A stretch of 63,447 bases of DNA, counting the filler, from Hyphochytrium catenoides (taxonomy: Eukaryota; Protista; Hyphochytriomycota): the NCBI GenBank assembly GCA_900088475.1. It is 11 parts of 11 records of this genome, joined end to end, with 100 filler letters (N's around TTAATTAATTAA, not from the genome) between each part and the next. Parts side by side here need not be neighbours in the genome. Positions count along the whole stretch, not along the records: positions 1 to 2,577 come from FLMG01003044.1; positions 2,678 to 8,108 come from FLMG01003987.1; positions 8,209 to 16,069 come from FLMG01000716.1; 8 more parts are not named here. One strand, given 5' to 3'. The notes beneath the pieces were generated by a model, which was not told the DNA's origin, made no database searches, and was given only the letters and a program-made list of their open reading frames with translations. This document shows positions 1 through 11,959 of the stretch, in pieces. Position numbers and translations under genes: made by a program. The first letter of the stretch is position 1. Every line of letters begins with the position of its first letter.

Positions 1-33
1 CTCTCTCTCTCTCTCTGCCTCTCTCTGTCTCTC

Positions 34-75
<42 letters not shown>

Positions 76-850
76 CTTCTCTCTCTTTACTCCTAGCATC
101 TTTACAGGTACTCTTCTTCAGAATAGGTCCTTCGTCTGCCGTTGCGTGGACTCAGGCGGTCGTCGCTCTTCGCTCCTATTTTTCAGGGAGAGTCCTGGCG
201 AAGAGAAAGAGGAGGATGATGAGGGAGAGAGCCAAGAAACTCGATAACCGCTCTACGTACTAAGCACGTTGCCGTCCTCTGTCTCTCTCCGGCCTCAAGA
301 GCTCTCTTTTATCTTCCTTTTCCCTTTTTCCCTGCTGATTCTAGTATCGTTTGTCGCTCGATCATACCTTCCATCTCTCTCTTTGTCTCTCTCTCTCTCT
401 CTCTCTCTCCCCGTCTCTGTCTTTCCATCTTTCTTTGTGCTGTCATGAGCTCTCCTAGCCTCTTTAGTCTGTTTACCTAGAGATTTCTTCTTCGCGACGC
501 TGTCTTCTTTTCTCTTCACTCCTCTCCTGAGCAAGAAAGGTAGCATTGGCATTTCAAACTAAGGCGACAGGGACGGCAGAGACCGAGAAGCAGCACCGCT
601 GACCTATTCCCGTCTCTTCCCTCATAAAGAATGCTGGCCCTCCGCCGCCGCTAGGCCATTTTCTTCTTTCTCCTTTTGACCTTCTCTCCTGGTCCATCCG
701 TCTTCTCTCTTGCGATGGGGGATCCAGACTGATTGTCTCGTTTTAGTGGAAGGTTGCCGAGAAGCTTGACGTTTCTGAGTTAAGACGTCAATGCTGCTCC
801 TCCTTCTCTCTTTCCTACTTCCAGCTCCTCTCTTCTCTCTTGCAAGACTG

Positions 851-2577
851 ATGATGGCGCCAACAGTGAGGAGAAGAAAGTCTCTCTTCCCTCTCTTGGT
901 CTCTCTCTTTGTTGTCTTCTTGTCTCTCTGCGGGAAAGGCGTTGTTGCCCAAACAAACAAGTCTCTTGTAGTACCTTTCATTGGCTTGCTGTCAGACTGG
1001 AGGTAAGGGAAACAAAGGCTAGTCCCTAGGAGCGAGGAGGAGGGAAACGGAGACACATAGAGAAATGCACGGGAGGAAGAGAAAGAAAGAGAGCCAAAGC
1101 ACGGGAGGAAGAGAAAGAAAGAGAGCCAAAGAAAGAGAGACAGACAAGACAAAGACAAAGAGAGAAAAGAGACAGAAAGAGAGAGAAAGAGAGAGAGAGG
1201 TGAAGTTTGGTAACTAGGGGAGAGAAAGAGAGCGAGAAGGAGTAGAGACGTGAATTTGGCAACCAGGAGATAGGGGAGAGCGAGAGAGAGACAGAGAGAG
1301 ACAGAGACAGAGAGACAGAAAGAGACAGAGACAGAGAGAGAGAGAGAGAGACAGAGAGAGAGGGAAAAGAAAGAGAGAGGACGGAGAGAATTCGCAACGA
1401 CTACTGGAGATGGGGTCGCCGCCGAGAGAGATGGATTGAGATATTGAGGATGGGACAACAGCCCAGCTTATTTTGAGCTTGAGCCTAGACGATGGGAATG
1501 AATAATGGAAGGCCAAGATGAAAAAGAGAGAGATCCTGAGAAATACTCTTCTTCGTGGTTCACTCTCCTAACAATGTCCCTCTTGCGCTTCTTCTTCTCT
1601 CTTATCCTCTCTCTTCCTTCCGCAGCGAGAACATTCAGTGTTATGCAGGATATCAGCTGGGCATTCGCTTCATCAATGAAGCTTCTCCTCTCCCTCTCTC
1701 TTTCTCTCTTCTACCGTCCGCCTACAACTCGAAGAACAATGTCACCGAGGCGCAGCTGACGATTATCGCGGCTCTCTCGGACCCTCAGGTGGTGGCACTG
1801 ATCGGGCCGTACAGATCCAAAGAGATCCTCTATGGAGGTAATAGGGAGAAGAGAGAGACTTACTTCTCGTCTTTGACGTGTCTTCTTCCTTGCAAGAGAC
1901 TTAACTCTGCGTCTCTCTCTCTCTCTCTTTCTCTCTTGCGCTCTTTGTCTTCCCTTCTGTGTCCCTTCGTCTTTCTTCTGTGTTTTCTCCTCTGGCGGCG
2001 CTTCTCTCTCTTTCTCCGCATTGTATTTACTGCCTTCTAGGCGAGCTCATTTTCCTCATTCCTTACGGTCTACCCTTCCTCTAACCTCAGTCTTGGTGCT
2101 CAACTTCTCTTATGGACTCCTGATCTCTCTTCTTTCTCCTCTCTCTCTCTTTCTCCGCATTCATCATTCCACCACCTCCGTCTCTGACTCGTGCTTGAAG
2201 GCTTGTACGCTGTGGCGCGGCAGAAACCAATCTACTCTCCCACTACCAGCTCTCTCAATCTTGATGATAAGGTGAGAGAGAGACCGCGTGGCGAATCACA
2301 TTTAATCGGAAGAGCATGGACAGGGAAGCGAGTGGTTCTAAGAAAGTACATAGAGAGAGAGAGAAGGAGAGGAGAAAATGAAGCATTTCTTGGCTTATCC
2401 TTTCCTTAGTTCTCTTTCCTCCTCTGCTGGATTTGCTTGGGACCTAACTCCTTAATCTGCATGGTGCCTAACTATGCTTGGTCCATCTCTCCCTTTCTCA
2501 CCTCTCTTTCTCTCTCATAGTCTGTGCTGACAACGCTGATGAGGACTCGGCCGACGTCTGCTGCCAATCTTGCTGCT
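851..2577 (+). CDS. Secreted/membrane receptor N-terminus with Venus-flytrap (type 1 periplasmic-binding / ANF-receptor family) ligand-binding domain; 3'-truncated at segment end
   Basis: Phase-consistent GT-AG exons 851-1002, 1626-1837, 2201-2271, 2521-2577 give MMAPTVRRRKSLFPLLVSLFVVFLSLCGKGVVAQ (signal peptide)...GYQLGIRFINE...VVALIGPYRS...PIYSPTTSSLNLDDKSVLTTLMRTRPT. This matches the VxAxIGPxxS / ISxxxS-x-L-x-DK / RTxP pattern of class C GPCR, iGluR ATD and receptor guanylyl cyclase ectodomains. Confidence 0.8.
1067..1130. repeat. Perfect 32-bp tandem duplication in intron 1 of the VFT gene
   Basis: gcacgggaggaagagaaagaaagagagccaaa at 1067-1098 and 1099-1130. Confidence 0.9.
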
Positions 2578-2677
2578 NNNNNNNNNNNNNNNNNNNNNNN
2601 NNNNNNNNNNNNNNNNNNNNNTTAATTAATTAANNNNNNNNNNNNNNNNNNNNNNNNNNNNNNNNNNNNNNNNNNNN
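2578..2677. other. Artificial contig-joining spacer (44N + TTAATTAATTAA + 44N); identical spacers at 8109-8208, 16070-16169, 20916-21015, 22370-22469, 44801-44900, 56465-56564, 57657-57756, 58938-59037, 62222-62321
   Basis: Same 100-nt structure ten times; the 12-mer places stop codons in all six frames; genes are cut off at these points. Confidence 0.97.
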
Positions 2678-3414
2678 CCTGTCCAGCACCGAAAGAACCT
2701 GCTGGCTGTCTTTCTCCTTGTCCCTTCTCTAATGGCTTTCGCATTTTCCTCTCTCTCTCTCCAGCCACTCTCGCTGTCGGAGAGAAGTGACTCTCGAGTT
2801 TCCCTTTCTCCCTCTCCTCTATCTGTTCTGTCGCGGTGGCCGCATGGAAAGCTTGAGTCTGTTCTTAGAGAAAGCAGGCTCATGATGGTTTGTTCCTCCT
2901 TCTCTCTCAAGACAAGAGTGCGTCCGTTTCTCTTTTTTCGCTCGTCTAACGCTCTCTCTCTCTCCCTCTCTCTCTCCCTCTCTCTCCCCCAGTCTCTCTC
3001 TCTCTCTTCTGACACAAAAGCTCAGACTCCGGTTGCTATTGTCTGGCTGTCCCTGGCAGAAGAGCAAGCCTCGTACTCTTTCCACCTTATGTGTTTCTTT
3101 CTAGCCCCGCGCGATGCCTTTGGAAGAGCAAGAGAGAGACGATGAGGAAAATTGGTAGTGTCCTCAGGCCAACGCTCTCCCTGCTCTACTCTGTTTCCCT
3201 TCTTGCTTGGATGCTCTCTCTCTCTCTCTCTCTCTTCGTCAACACATTGTCCAGCTTGGCAGCTCTGCGGCCTGAGCCTCATGAGTCTGTGAGCAAGACT
3301 CAGACGTTTTTGCTGCTTTTCTTACTCTGTCCTATTCCACACTCTCTCTCTCTCTCTCCTCCCTCTCTCTCCCCCTCCCTCTCTCTCCTTTCTCTCTCTC
3401 TCTCTCTGTCTCTC

Positions 3415-3464
<50 letters not shown>

Positions 3465-3867
3465 GTGCATCTTACAGATCGGTTTGACCCTTGGTTCGAG
3501 TGGGAAGATTCCTCTTTCCTCTTTCCTCTCTCTCTCTGCAAAGAATCCATCTCGTCCCCACCTCTACCCTTCCAGAGCTCATCTAGTACGAGATCGCTTT
3601 TTCCGTTTAACCTGAAATATAATACATCTATTTTGTCTATGTTTTACTCTGTCTCATTACCTAACCTCTCTGTCTGGCGAGCGTTCTGGCCCAAACGGCA
3701 CCTGTCCAACAGTGAATCACCAAAAGCAATCCTCTTCATCAGCTAGATTCAGTATTTCAGCTAGTAATATTCGGTATAAGCCTAGTTCCGCACAAACGTA
3801 TTCTGGAGTTCGTGTGAAGCAGCTTGATGACAACACAGTGGTTTTACTGATTGCGATCCTGTGTGTG

Positions 3868-3899
<32 letters not shown>

Positions 3900-4557
3900 T
3901 GTCTCTCTCCCTCTTTCCTGTCCCACGCTCTCTCTCTCCACGCTCACTGTCTCTCTCTCTCTCTCTCTCTCCACACCTCCCCTGTCCTGTGCTCTCTCTC
4001 TCTTCTCTTCTCCTTGTTCTAGTTCTACAGTTTTACCTCTTTCTCCGTCTCTCTCTTCTCACCGTTTTCTCTGCCGTCCCCATCTCCTCATCCTCTCTGT
4101 TTCCTCCTGTGTGTCGCTGGCCACTCTGATTCTGTCTCTCTCTCCCTCTCTTTTCCTCTCAACTTCTTTGACTTCCGCTGACAACACGGCTCTGTTTCCC
4201 TCTCTTCCCTTCTCCGTGCTGTCATACGCCTTTCTCCTTTCTTCTTCTTTCCACTTCCGTCTCTCTCTCCTCTTGGGTGTGTGACTCTTACATTCTAATG
4301 ACCCTGTCTCTCTCTCTCTCTCTCGTTCTCTCTGTCTCTGTCTCTTCACTATTCAAAAGAATTTCCTCCTTTCTCTTTTGTAAAAGGGAGAGAGACGACA
4401 GTGAGAGAGAGGACGTTGACCAGTTTATTCTCTCTCTTTACCCTTTCCTGCCATTGCACAAACGGACATGTCACTTCAGCGAAAGAGCACCTAAAGGAGA
4501 GAGACTCGTTGATCGAAAAACAAGGAGGAGAGAGAGTCGTTGATCGAGGTTCATGGG

Positions 4558-4560
<3 letters not shown>

Positions 4561-4626
<66 letters not shown>
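4561..4626. repeat. (AG)n microsatellite, representative of the many CT/GA tracts in the window (e.g. also (CT)n 12345-12410)
   Basis: Uninterrupted dinucleotide run read directly from the sequence. Confidence 0.97.
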
Positions 4627-4629
<3 letters not shown>

Positions 4630-5049
4630 CTTCGCCTACAAGCCGTGTAACATTAAGGAGAGATCCCAGAACGTCTGGGCACCCAAAGCGTTAGTCTTTC
4701 TTATTAAAAAATTAAACTACTGATAATGTGCATCTCCTCCTTGCCTCTCTTTGCTCTTCTCTCCCTGACAAGTTTCTCTCTCTCTTTCTCTCTCTCTCCT
4801 CAGTCGTACCACTGACCCGCAGGAGTCTCACATATCGTTAGGAGAGAAAGGAACTTAGTCACAGGACAACCAGGTGAAGTTGGACCATCCTCTGCCTTGT
4901 CTCTCCAGTTTTCTACTCGCTCTATCAGTACCTTCTCTCTCTCTCTCTCTCTTTCTACAGTCCTCTTCCTTCCTTCCTCTCAGAGGCCGCGGGTGCCAGC
5001 AAAGAGTCCTGCGCTTTGGGACATCAAAATAACCAGCGAACACTGGCTG

Positions 5050-5092
<43 letters not shown>

Positions 5093-5320
5093 CCGATTCT
5101 GCTGGTAAAAGAGACCGCATAAGGCGCTGCTGGAACTTTCCACCTAGTTTTCTTGAGCTCTTGTCGCCTCTGTAAGGCAAAGTCTTGTTGGGCCTGCCAG
5201 TGCTCCAGAACCATCAGCAGGATTTCTGGGAAGAAGATTGAGAGGTGAAGAGAACAAAAGGAACGGAGTCCGTTTTAGGAGAGAGAGAGAGAGAGAGAAA
5301 GAGAGACGGAGAAAAAAGAT

Positions 5321-5530
5321 GAAGATAAGAGGTTGCTCATGTTTGACTAAAGTGCTCCTCTAGATTCGAGAGAGAGACAGAGACAGAGATGAAGAAAGAG
5401 GTTACTAATGCTTGACTAGAGGGCTCCTCTAGAGTAGAGAGAGAGAGAGAAAGAGACAGAGTTGAAGAAAGAGGTTGCTAATGCTTGACTAGAGGGCTCC
5501 TCTAGAGCAGAGAGAGAGAGAAAAAGAGAC
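5321..5530. repeat. Three-copy ~70-bp minisatellite with internal hairpin
   Basis: Units at about 5321-5390, 5391-5463 and 5464-5530 share gaagaaagaggttgctaatgcttgactagagggctcctctagag followed by a GA tract; copy 1 is more diverged. Confidence 0.85.
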
Positions 5531-5809
5531 CAGCCTAGATGTGACGACAGGGGTAAGTGAGGAGATAAAAAAGAGCTAGAAAGAGAAGAGAAAACTTTAA
5601 GCAGAAGCAAATTTTTCCTGGGTCTTGCAAAAGAGAGGGTCTCCGTCAATGCTGCAGCTCGCCGAGAAGAGAGAGAAAGAAAAAGAAGCTGTAGGAGAGA
5701 GAGGAGACTTGTCAGAAACAACTCATGGCAAAGCGCCGTTAGGAGCTGGCAGCCGGCTCCTCCTCTCAAGATTATTACTTCCTCTCTCTCTCTCTCTCTC
5801 TTTGTCTCT

Positions 5810-7012
5810 CTAGAGTCGGAGTCCTCTGTACGTGAGAGCCACGGAGTGCTTGCCTTCCTTGTACGCTGAGCCCACCGCCAGCTCGGGGAGAAGAGCGCGG
5901 GCCTGGCGGTTGATGAGAAGAGAGCTCAGCTGACGGAGAGAGACAACAGCGAGAAGAGCCGGGACCTGCATCTGGCGGAATGATCTACGAAACGCGGAGA
6001 GAAGAGGGGAGAGAGAGTGAGAGAGAGAAGAAACCAGTCCAGACAGAGAGATAGGAGAGGATGGGCAGGAGGGAGAGAGGCAGAGGCATCACAGAGAGAT
6101 AGAGATATAAGTAAAAAGGAGAACCGGTATACAGACCGACGAAGAGAGAGAAGGAGAACAAAGAAGAGAGAGAGAAAGAGAGCGTGTCACTGAGCAAACA
6201 AGAAAGTCCAACGAGCAGCAGAGAAAGAAGCGCTAACGCTCCCTGCTAATGAACAGAGACTTCTCAAGGTGAGAAAAGAAGTTTTGATAGAGAAAAGAGA
6301 AGAGATATATAAAGAGAGACCCTCTCTCTCTTCTGCTAACACGAGGGCAAGCCAAGAGTTACTCACTGCAGACCGCTCTCTGAAAATCCTGAGCCACTAA
6401 CAAGCAGCCCAATCGTGGGTCGAAGCGCAGTTTCTCTCTCTCTTTCTTCTTCTCTCTCTCTCTCTTCCGTCGTCTGCTGAAAGGCAGCTCTCTCCAGAGC
6501 AATTTGTTTAGAGAGAACGCCCTCCAGTTCCCTGAGATGTCTGCTGCCAAGAGGCCTCGCCTCGAACTTGCACTGGGCGAGGACCTGGAACTTGAGAGCT
6601 TTCTCCTCTTCTTCTCCTTCTGGCAGCTCCCACAGTCCCTGGAGAAGACGAGAAAAGAGAGAGAGAGTGAGAGAGAGAGAGAGAGAGAAAAGGATACATC
6701 AGAAAAGAGGAGGTCAGCTGGTAAGAAGGGGCAGCGATGAGAAGGAAAAGAACCGAGGCTGCAGAAAAATAGAGAGGAGGAAAGAAGGAGAGAGAGGAAA
6801 GTAAAGGGGAGAGAGAGAGGAGGACACAAAGAGAGAGAGGAAGAATAGCCTCAAGAGTGAAGAAGGCCCTCACCCACCCTCAGATCTATCCCTTTGTCCC
6901 CTGGTCCACCGACGCGCTTCAGTTGGAAGCGCAAGGGGAGAAGCGCCTCCACCACGTCCTGCTCAAAGGAGAGGCCACGGGCATAGTTGGAGCGGGCCGC
7001 ACGGACCAGCAT
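5810..7012 (-). CDS. RRG7/DUF2034-like protein, Mrr-type PD-(D/E)XK restriction-endonuclease fold (~193 aa)
   Basis: Exons 7012-6878, 6638-6367, 5984-5810 (582 nt, frame-consistent GT-AG): MLVRAARSNYARGLSFEQDVVEALLPLRFQLKRVGGPGDKGIDLRGLWELP...VLAQCKFEARPLGSRHLRELEGVLS...TIGLLVSGSGFS...LLINRQARALLPELAVGS...RL*. The G-x-x-FE, GGxGDxGID, QCK and RELEG motifs are characteristic. Missed by the ORF track. Confidence 0.8.
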
Positions 7013-9087
7013 CACCCCGGCCACCTTAGTTTCTCTCCCCTCTCTTTTCTCTCTCTCTCTCTCTCTTCTCTGTCTAAGGATCCTGTGTCTCCGTTACCCT
7101 CTCTGCGCCGTCGTCATTCCTTTCTCTTCTCGTTTTCATCCTCGTGACGCGTCATTCAGCGAGGGCCAGAGCTGAGAAGGATTGTAGAGAGAGCTGCTCC
7201 TCTTCGCTTGAATCTGATTGAGATATGACGGGGAGGACCTGAGAGTTCTCCTAGGTTAGAGAGAGCGAGAGAGAGAGAGAGAGANNNNNNNNNNNNNNNN
7301 NNNNNNNNNNNNNNNNNNNNNNNNNNNNNNNNNNNNNNNNGAGAGAGAGAGAGAGAGAGCGGGGAGATGGAGACCAAGAATGGGAGGGAAGAGAAGGAAG
7401 CAAGAGCTGGATGCTGGATGCGAACACATATTTCTGGCCCTGGTTCAGCACTTCACGCCCACCCACCTCATGCCAACCAAGCCTTATATAAGGGTGAATC
7501 AACCCGGCAATCCCCACCCACTTTGAATCGTCGTTAGCCGCTACTATTTTGGACTTGTAAGGAGAGCTGGAGGCTGGTTACGTCCTTCTCCCTCTCGCTC
7601 TGTCTGTCTCTCTTTTTCTCTCTCTCTCTCTCTTTCGCTCTCTCTTCGCTCTCTCTCTCTCCAATTTCCCCTTTCCTCTCTCTCTCTGTCCCTTCCCTCT
7701 CTCTCTCTCTTGCCTGCTGGCTGCTGGCTCCCTGCTTCTCTTCTGATCGATCATTAATTTGTCCCGTCCTTTCCTGGATCTGTCAACCTTTCACTTAGTA
7801 GTCTCGAGACCTGCTAAAGGACCCTTGCTCCACAAGCTGTGGACTCTTTCTTCAGGGATCCTCAGTAGAAACATCTCTCTCTCCCAGTCTCTCTCTCTTT
7901 CTTTTCTCCTCATCTTGCTCTCCTCCCAGCGCGCTTCTCCCTCTTCCGTTTCCTCTTTTTTTAAGGCTTCTCAGACACGTTCTTCTCTCTCTCGTTCACT
8001 CTCTCTCTCTCTTTTCCCTAGGTGGAGCTTGGTTCAGCATAGACGGACCAGAAGACAGAGTTCAAGAAGAGAGAGTTGACATAGAGAGAGAGAGACAACC
8101 AAGAGTAANNNNNNNNNNNNNNNNNNNNNNNNNNNNNNNNNNNNNNNNNNNNTTAATTAATTAANNNNNNNNNNNNNNNNNNNNNNNNNNNNNNNNNNNN
8201 NNNNNNNNCGCGTCCTATAGCTCTGACTTCTCTCTCTGTCCTCTCACCATGTCGCCCGTTTCTTTGGTGGATGTTCTTCCCTCTTTCTTCCTAGCCTTAA
8301 TGTCCCTGGCCTCCCGACGTTAGCCTGTCTCTTGCACTCTCTCTCTCTCTCTCCCTTCTCTCTGTCTCCGGCTTTACGCTCCATGACTCTCAATTTCTGG
8401 AACCGCCCGGACCTGATCTCTCCTATGGCAGAAAATGCCTCTTGAGCACCTAGCCTCTGAGGAGGAGATCTATCGGGGAGACAAAAATGTCATTATCTCT
8501 CTTTTGGAACAGATTCGGAAGGTAAGAGCGACTATAGATCTCGAGTTTCTGCAGTAGAAAACGCAAGCTCATCCTTCTTCCTTTTGCCAACGATTGATAG
8601 GCATACGCCATGTAAAAGCAACCATCCTTGAGAACTAGCGGAACGAATTTTGGCCGCAGAGCAGCGTCTCTCTCTCTCCCCTTCATACCTCCCTTCTCCT
8701 CTTATCCAATCGTTTTCTTCAGTAACTCTGTGCAGGCGGAATGTTAGCTCGTCATTTCTCTTTTTCTCTCTCTGAAATTCTTTGTCAACCAAACACCATC
8801 TCCCCTCTAGTTTACCTATGGGTCTCTCTCTTTTTCTCGACAATCCCGTCTAGGTCTTTCTCTCCTCGTCTTCCTTCAGTCTCAAGCGCTCTTCCTTGTG
8901 CAGAACACGACCTCTTTGTTATTATTTATTTATCTTCTTCCTAAGCTGTCTACCTAGACACGCGCACAATGAATGCATCTCCTGTCTTATCCTATTTCTT
9001 TCCTGCTACCTTTTGAGTTCGTGTGTGAAATTTGTTCGTCTCTCTCTCTCTCTCTCTTATATCCATTCTCGCTCTGTATCCTACTGC

Positions 9088-11025
9088 TTAAGCACCGGTG
9101 GCCGTGCTAGGCTGCTGCCACTGATACTTCATCATCAGCATCTGGAGCTGGGTCGGCATAATCCCAGACAAGTAATGGAGAACTTTATACATGCGGCCCT
9201 GAGAAGCAATCGAGAAAGAAAGAGGGAAAATGAAAGAGAGGCAAGAGCGAGAGAGAGTGAGATAGTGAGAGATTTAACAGTTAGAACGATGTCCTCCAAT
9301 CATGTCGCTTCACATGGCGAGGGCAAACCCGTTCAAACAGCGATCACACCTTTATCAGGTTGGGCAGAGAGAATCCTACAATGGTATTCTCTCTCTCTCT
9401 CTCTCTCTCATCATGCTTCTCTTTCCTTTCCTTCTTACCGTAACAATTCTCCTCTTGCCCTCAAGCATCCCCTCAATGCCCGCCCGTGCGACACTCTGAC
9501 TTGGCATCTGGAGTTGGGCCACGTCACTGTGATATTGGATACCTCGGGACTTGGTGGACTGAGCGTTCTCGAAGAAGTGGGTCCTAGATGTCGCGGAGAG
9601 AGAGAAAGAGGGAGGGAGAGAGAGGGAGAGAGAGAGAGAGAAATGTGATAACTCTGTCAGAGAAGCGTACTCATTCTCTAACTAGCACCAAGAACCTTAC
9701 ATTGTCGCGCCAGGCTCTAATGTGGTGACGTTAACCTTTGTTAAAGAAACGGAACGAGAGAGAGAGAGAGAGAGAGAGAGCAATGTAAGTTTGGCTTCTT
9801 TGTTCTGTCTATATATAGGAGAGACAGGTACTTACTCCAGTGCCTTGCAGCTCAAATCGTAGTCCGAGAGAGAAGGAAGAGACATAAGCCTTGGTCGCAT
9901 GGTAGACGATCTCCAGGGGACCTACGGGTCCCACAAATAAGACCGCGATGAGGAGAGAGAGAGAGAGAGAAAGGAGAGTAAGAGGATTTAGCAAAGGCTT
10001 CTGAATGGCACCAAGAGACATATCCACTCAGGTTCTACCTGGGCTGTGAGATGCCACAGAGGAGACATTGAGAATCCTGCCGTAGCCTTGACGGACCATT
10101 GCAGGGATGAGAGCACGGGACAGCTGTGAAAGGGAAGAGACATAGAAAGAGAGAGAGAGAGAGACAGAGGCAGATAAACCGTCGGGTCAGAGGTCGGTTC
10201 TTGCGTTTAGAGAGACAGTGCCAAAGCGAGGAAACAGAGAGAGGAGAGAGGACTTATCATGGTAAGGGACATGATGTTGAGGTTGACCATGTCTCTGATT
10301 TTGCTTGGCTCTGTGTGTTGGAAGAGCTTGGTGTGGCCCTGACCGGCATCGTTCACTAGAATGCTAACATTTATCCCTTCCGCGTCCAGGAACTGAGCAA
10401 TCTTGTGCACAGAGGTATCTGAACAAAAAGGGAAACAGGGGGAGAGAGAGAGAGGGAGAGAGAGAGAGAGAAAGACCAAGTAGGACGCAACCGTAGGCAA
10501 TAGCAGAGTTAGACAGTATGGCATACAGATTGGAGCGGAGCAAGAAAGAGCTAACCGGGCGAGAGAGAGAACGAGAGGAAAGGGCGAGAGAAAACTTTGA
10601 ATGGGCAAGCGGGAGAAAGGAGGATCGGAAGAGAGAGAAAGGGAATGGGGAGGAAGTTACGGGAAGACTGCGTGATAGACTGTAGAGAGAGAGAGATCGC
10701 GTTCTTCAGTACCTGGGTCAGTCAGATCAGCTGTCACCACCTGAGAAGTGAAGAGAGAGATTAGATAAGAGGACTATTTTCCTTCCGACGAGGCGTCTAA
10801 CCCATCTCTCTCTTTCTCTCTCTCTCTCTCTTCTCTCTCTCTTCCGCTGCCCACTTTACCTACCTTGACGTCTACATTGTAAGTGGCCTTCAACTCCTTG
10901 GCATTTTCCTCTAGCTTGTCCTCAGATCTGGCCACAAGGACAAGAGGATAGCCACGGCGAGCCAGCTCCTTCGCCATATCCAGACCGAGGCCATAGGAAG
11001 CGCCTGCCAGGCACCAAAGACAATG

Positions 11026-11080
<55 letters not shown>

Positions 11081-11399
11081 AGGAAAAGAGAGAGAGAGAG
11101 AGAGAGAGGGGAGGAGATTAAGCTGATGCTTGGTACGAGCAATAATGGTAAGGGACCATGAGGAAGTTGCGCGAGGCTAGTGGGTCTAGAGGGGAGAAAG
11201 GGAAGAGGGGGAGAGAGAGAGAGAGAGAGAGAAAGAGAGGTAGGTGTCTGACCTGTGACCAGTGCATAGTTATTCGAATTTGCTGGCACTCTCCTGACCC
11301 TGGAGTACGTCTTATCGTGATATTGGCTCACCAGGTACATGGCTGACGCGCGCGAGAGAGAGAGAGAGAGAAAGAGAGAGAAGAGAGAGGGAGAAGAGT

Positions 11400-11439
<40 letters not shown>

Positions 11440-11572
11440 CAGCAACCGTGTAAGTACAATATAGAAAGAAGGATCGTCTGACGGTGATAAGAAGGCAAGG
11501 AGACTGGAGAGATCGTAGAAGGAGGCATAGAGAGCAAGCAGAGAGAGCAACAAGGAGAGAAAACACACTATA

Positions 11573-11620
<48 letters not shown>

Positions 11621-11731
11621 GTATCCCCAAATGGCGAGGCTTAGGAAGGTGTAGGTGATCCCAGGAAGGAGGAGCGTGGCTAGACAGCCGCCCAAAGCCA
11701 CAGGGCCAAGATCGCTGGTAATGATATCCAT
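9088..11731 (-). CDS. Classical short-chain dehydrogenase/reductase with N-terminal membrane anchor (17beta-HSD12/KCR-like or DltE-like)
   Basis: Multi-exon GT-AG gene: hydrophobic N-terminus, ALVTGASYGLG Rossmann motif, LARRGYPLVLVARSEDKL, ADL, ILVNDAG, GRILNVSSVA, catalytic YHATK, VNVTTLEPGATMTHFF, final exon GRMYKVLHYLSG...TGA* (stop 9088). Confidence 0.9.
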
Positions 11732-11925
11732 ACTTATATTGTTAACACGGATACTCTCTCTCTCTCTCTTCTATCCTTCTCTCTTTCTCTCTCTCTCTGG
11801 CGCGGATCTTCAGATCTTTTGGAATGGACAATGTGCAGAGGGCACGGAAAATCTGGATCTAAATGCGGTGTTAGGATGCGCCGCTGAGCGAACGGCNNNN
11901 NNNNNNNNNNNNNNNNNNNNNNNNN

Positions 11926-11959
<34 letters not shown>

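Noticed and set aside
622-1458. 278-aa ORF and the many other SLSLSL/RERERE ORFs (e.g. 3091-3615, 12675-13148, 20284-20697, 34202-35050, 51037-51651)
   Set aside because: Translations of stop-free CT/GA microsatellites, often antisense to or inside introns of real genes.
2678-5230. Possible multi-exon plus-strand gene in CT-rich region
   Set aside because: Candidate splice sites exist, but I could not build a frame-consistent model or recognise a protein.
5321-5530. CRISPR-like repeat-spacer array beside a nuclease-fold gene
   Set aside because: Only three units, the 'spacers' are GA microsatellite rather than unique sequence, the context is intron-rich eukaryotic DNA and no cas genes are present.
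8896-9648. 250-aa plus-strand ORF
   Set aside because: Antisense shadow of the last SDR exons plus microsatellite.
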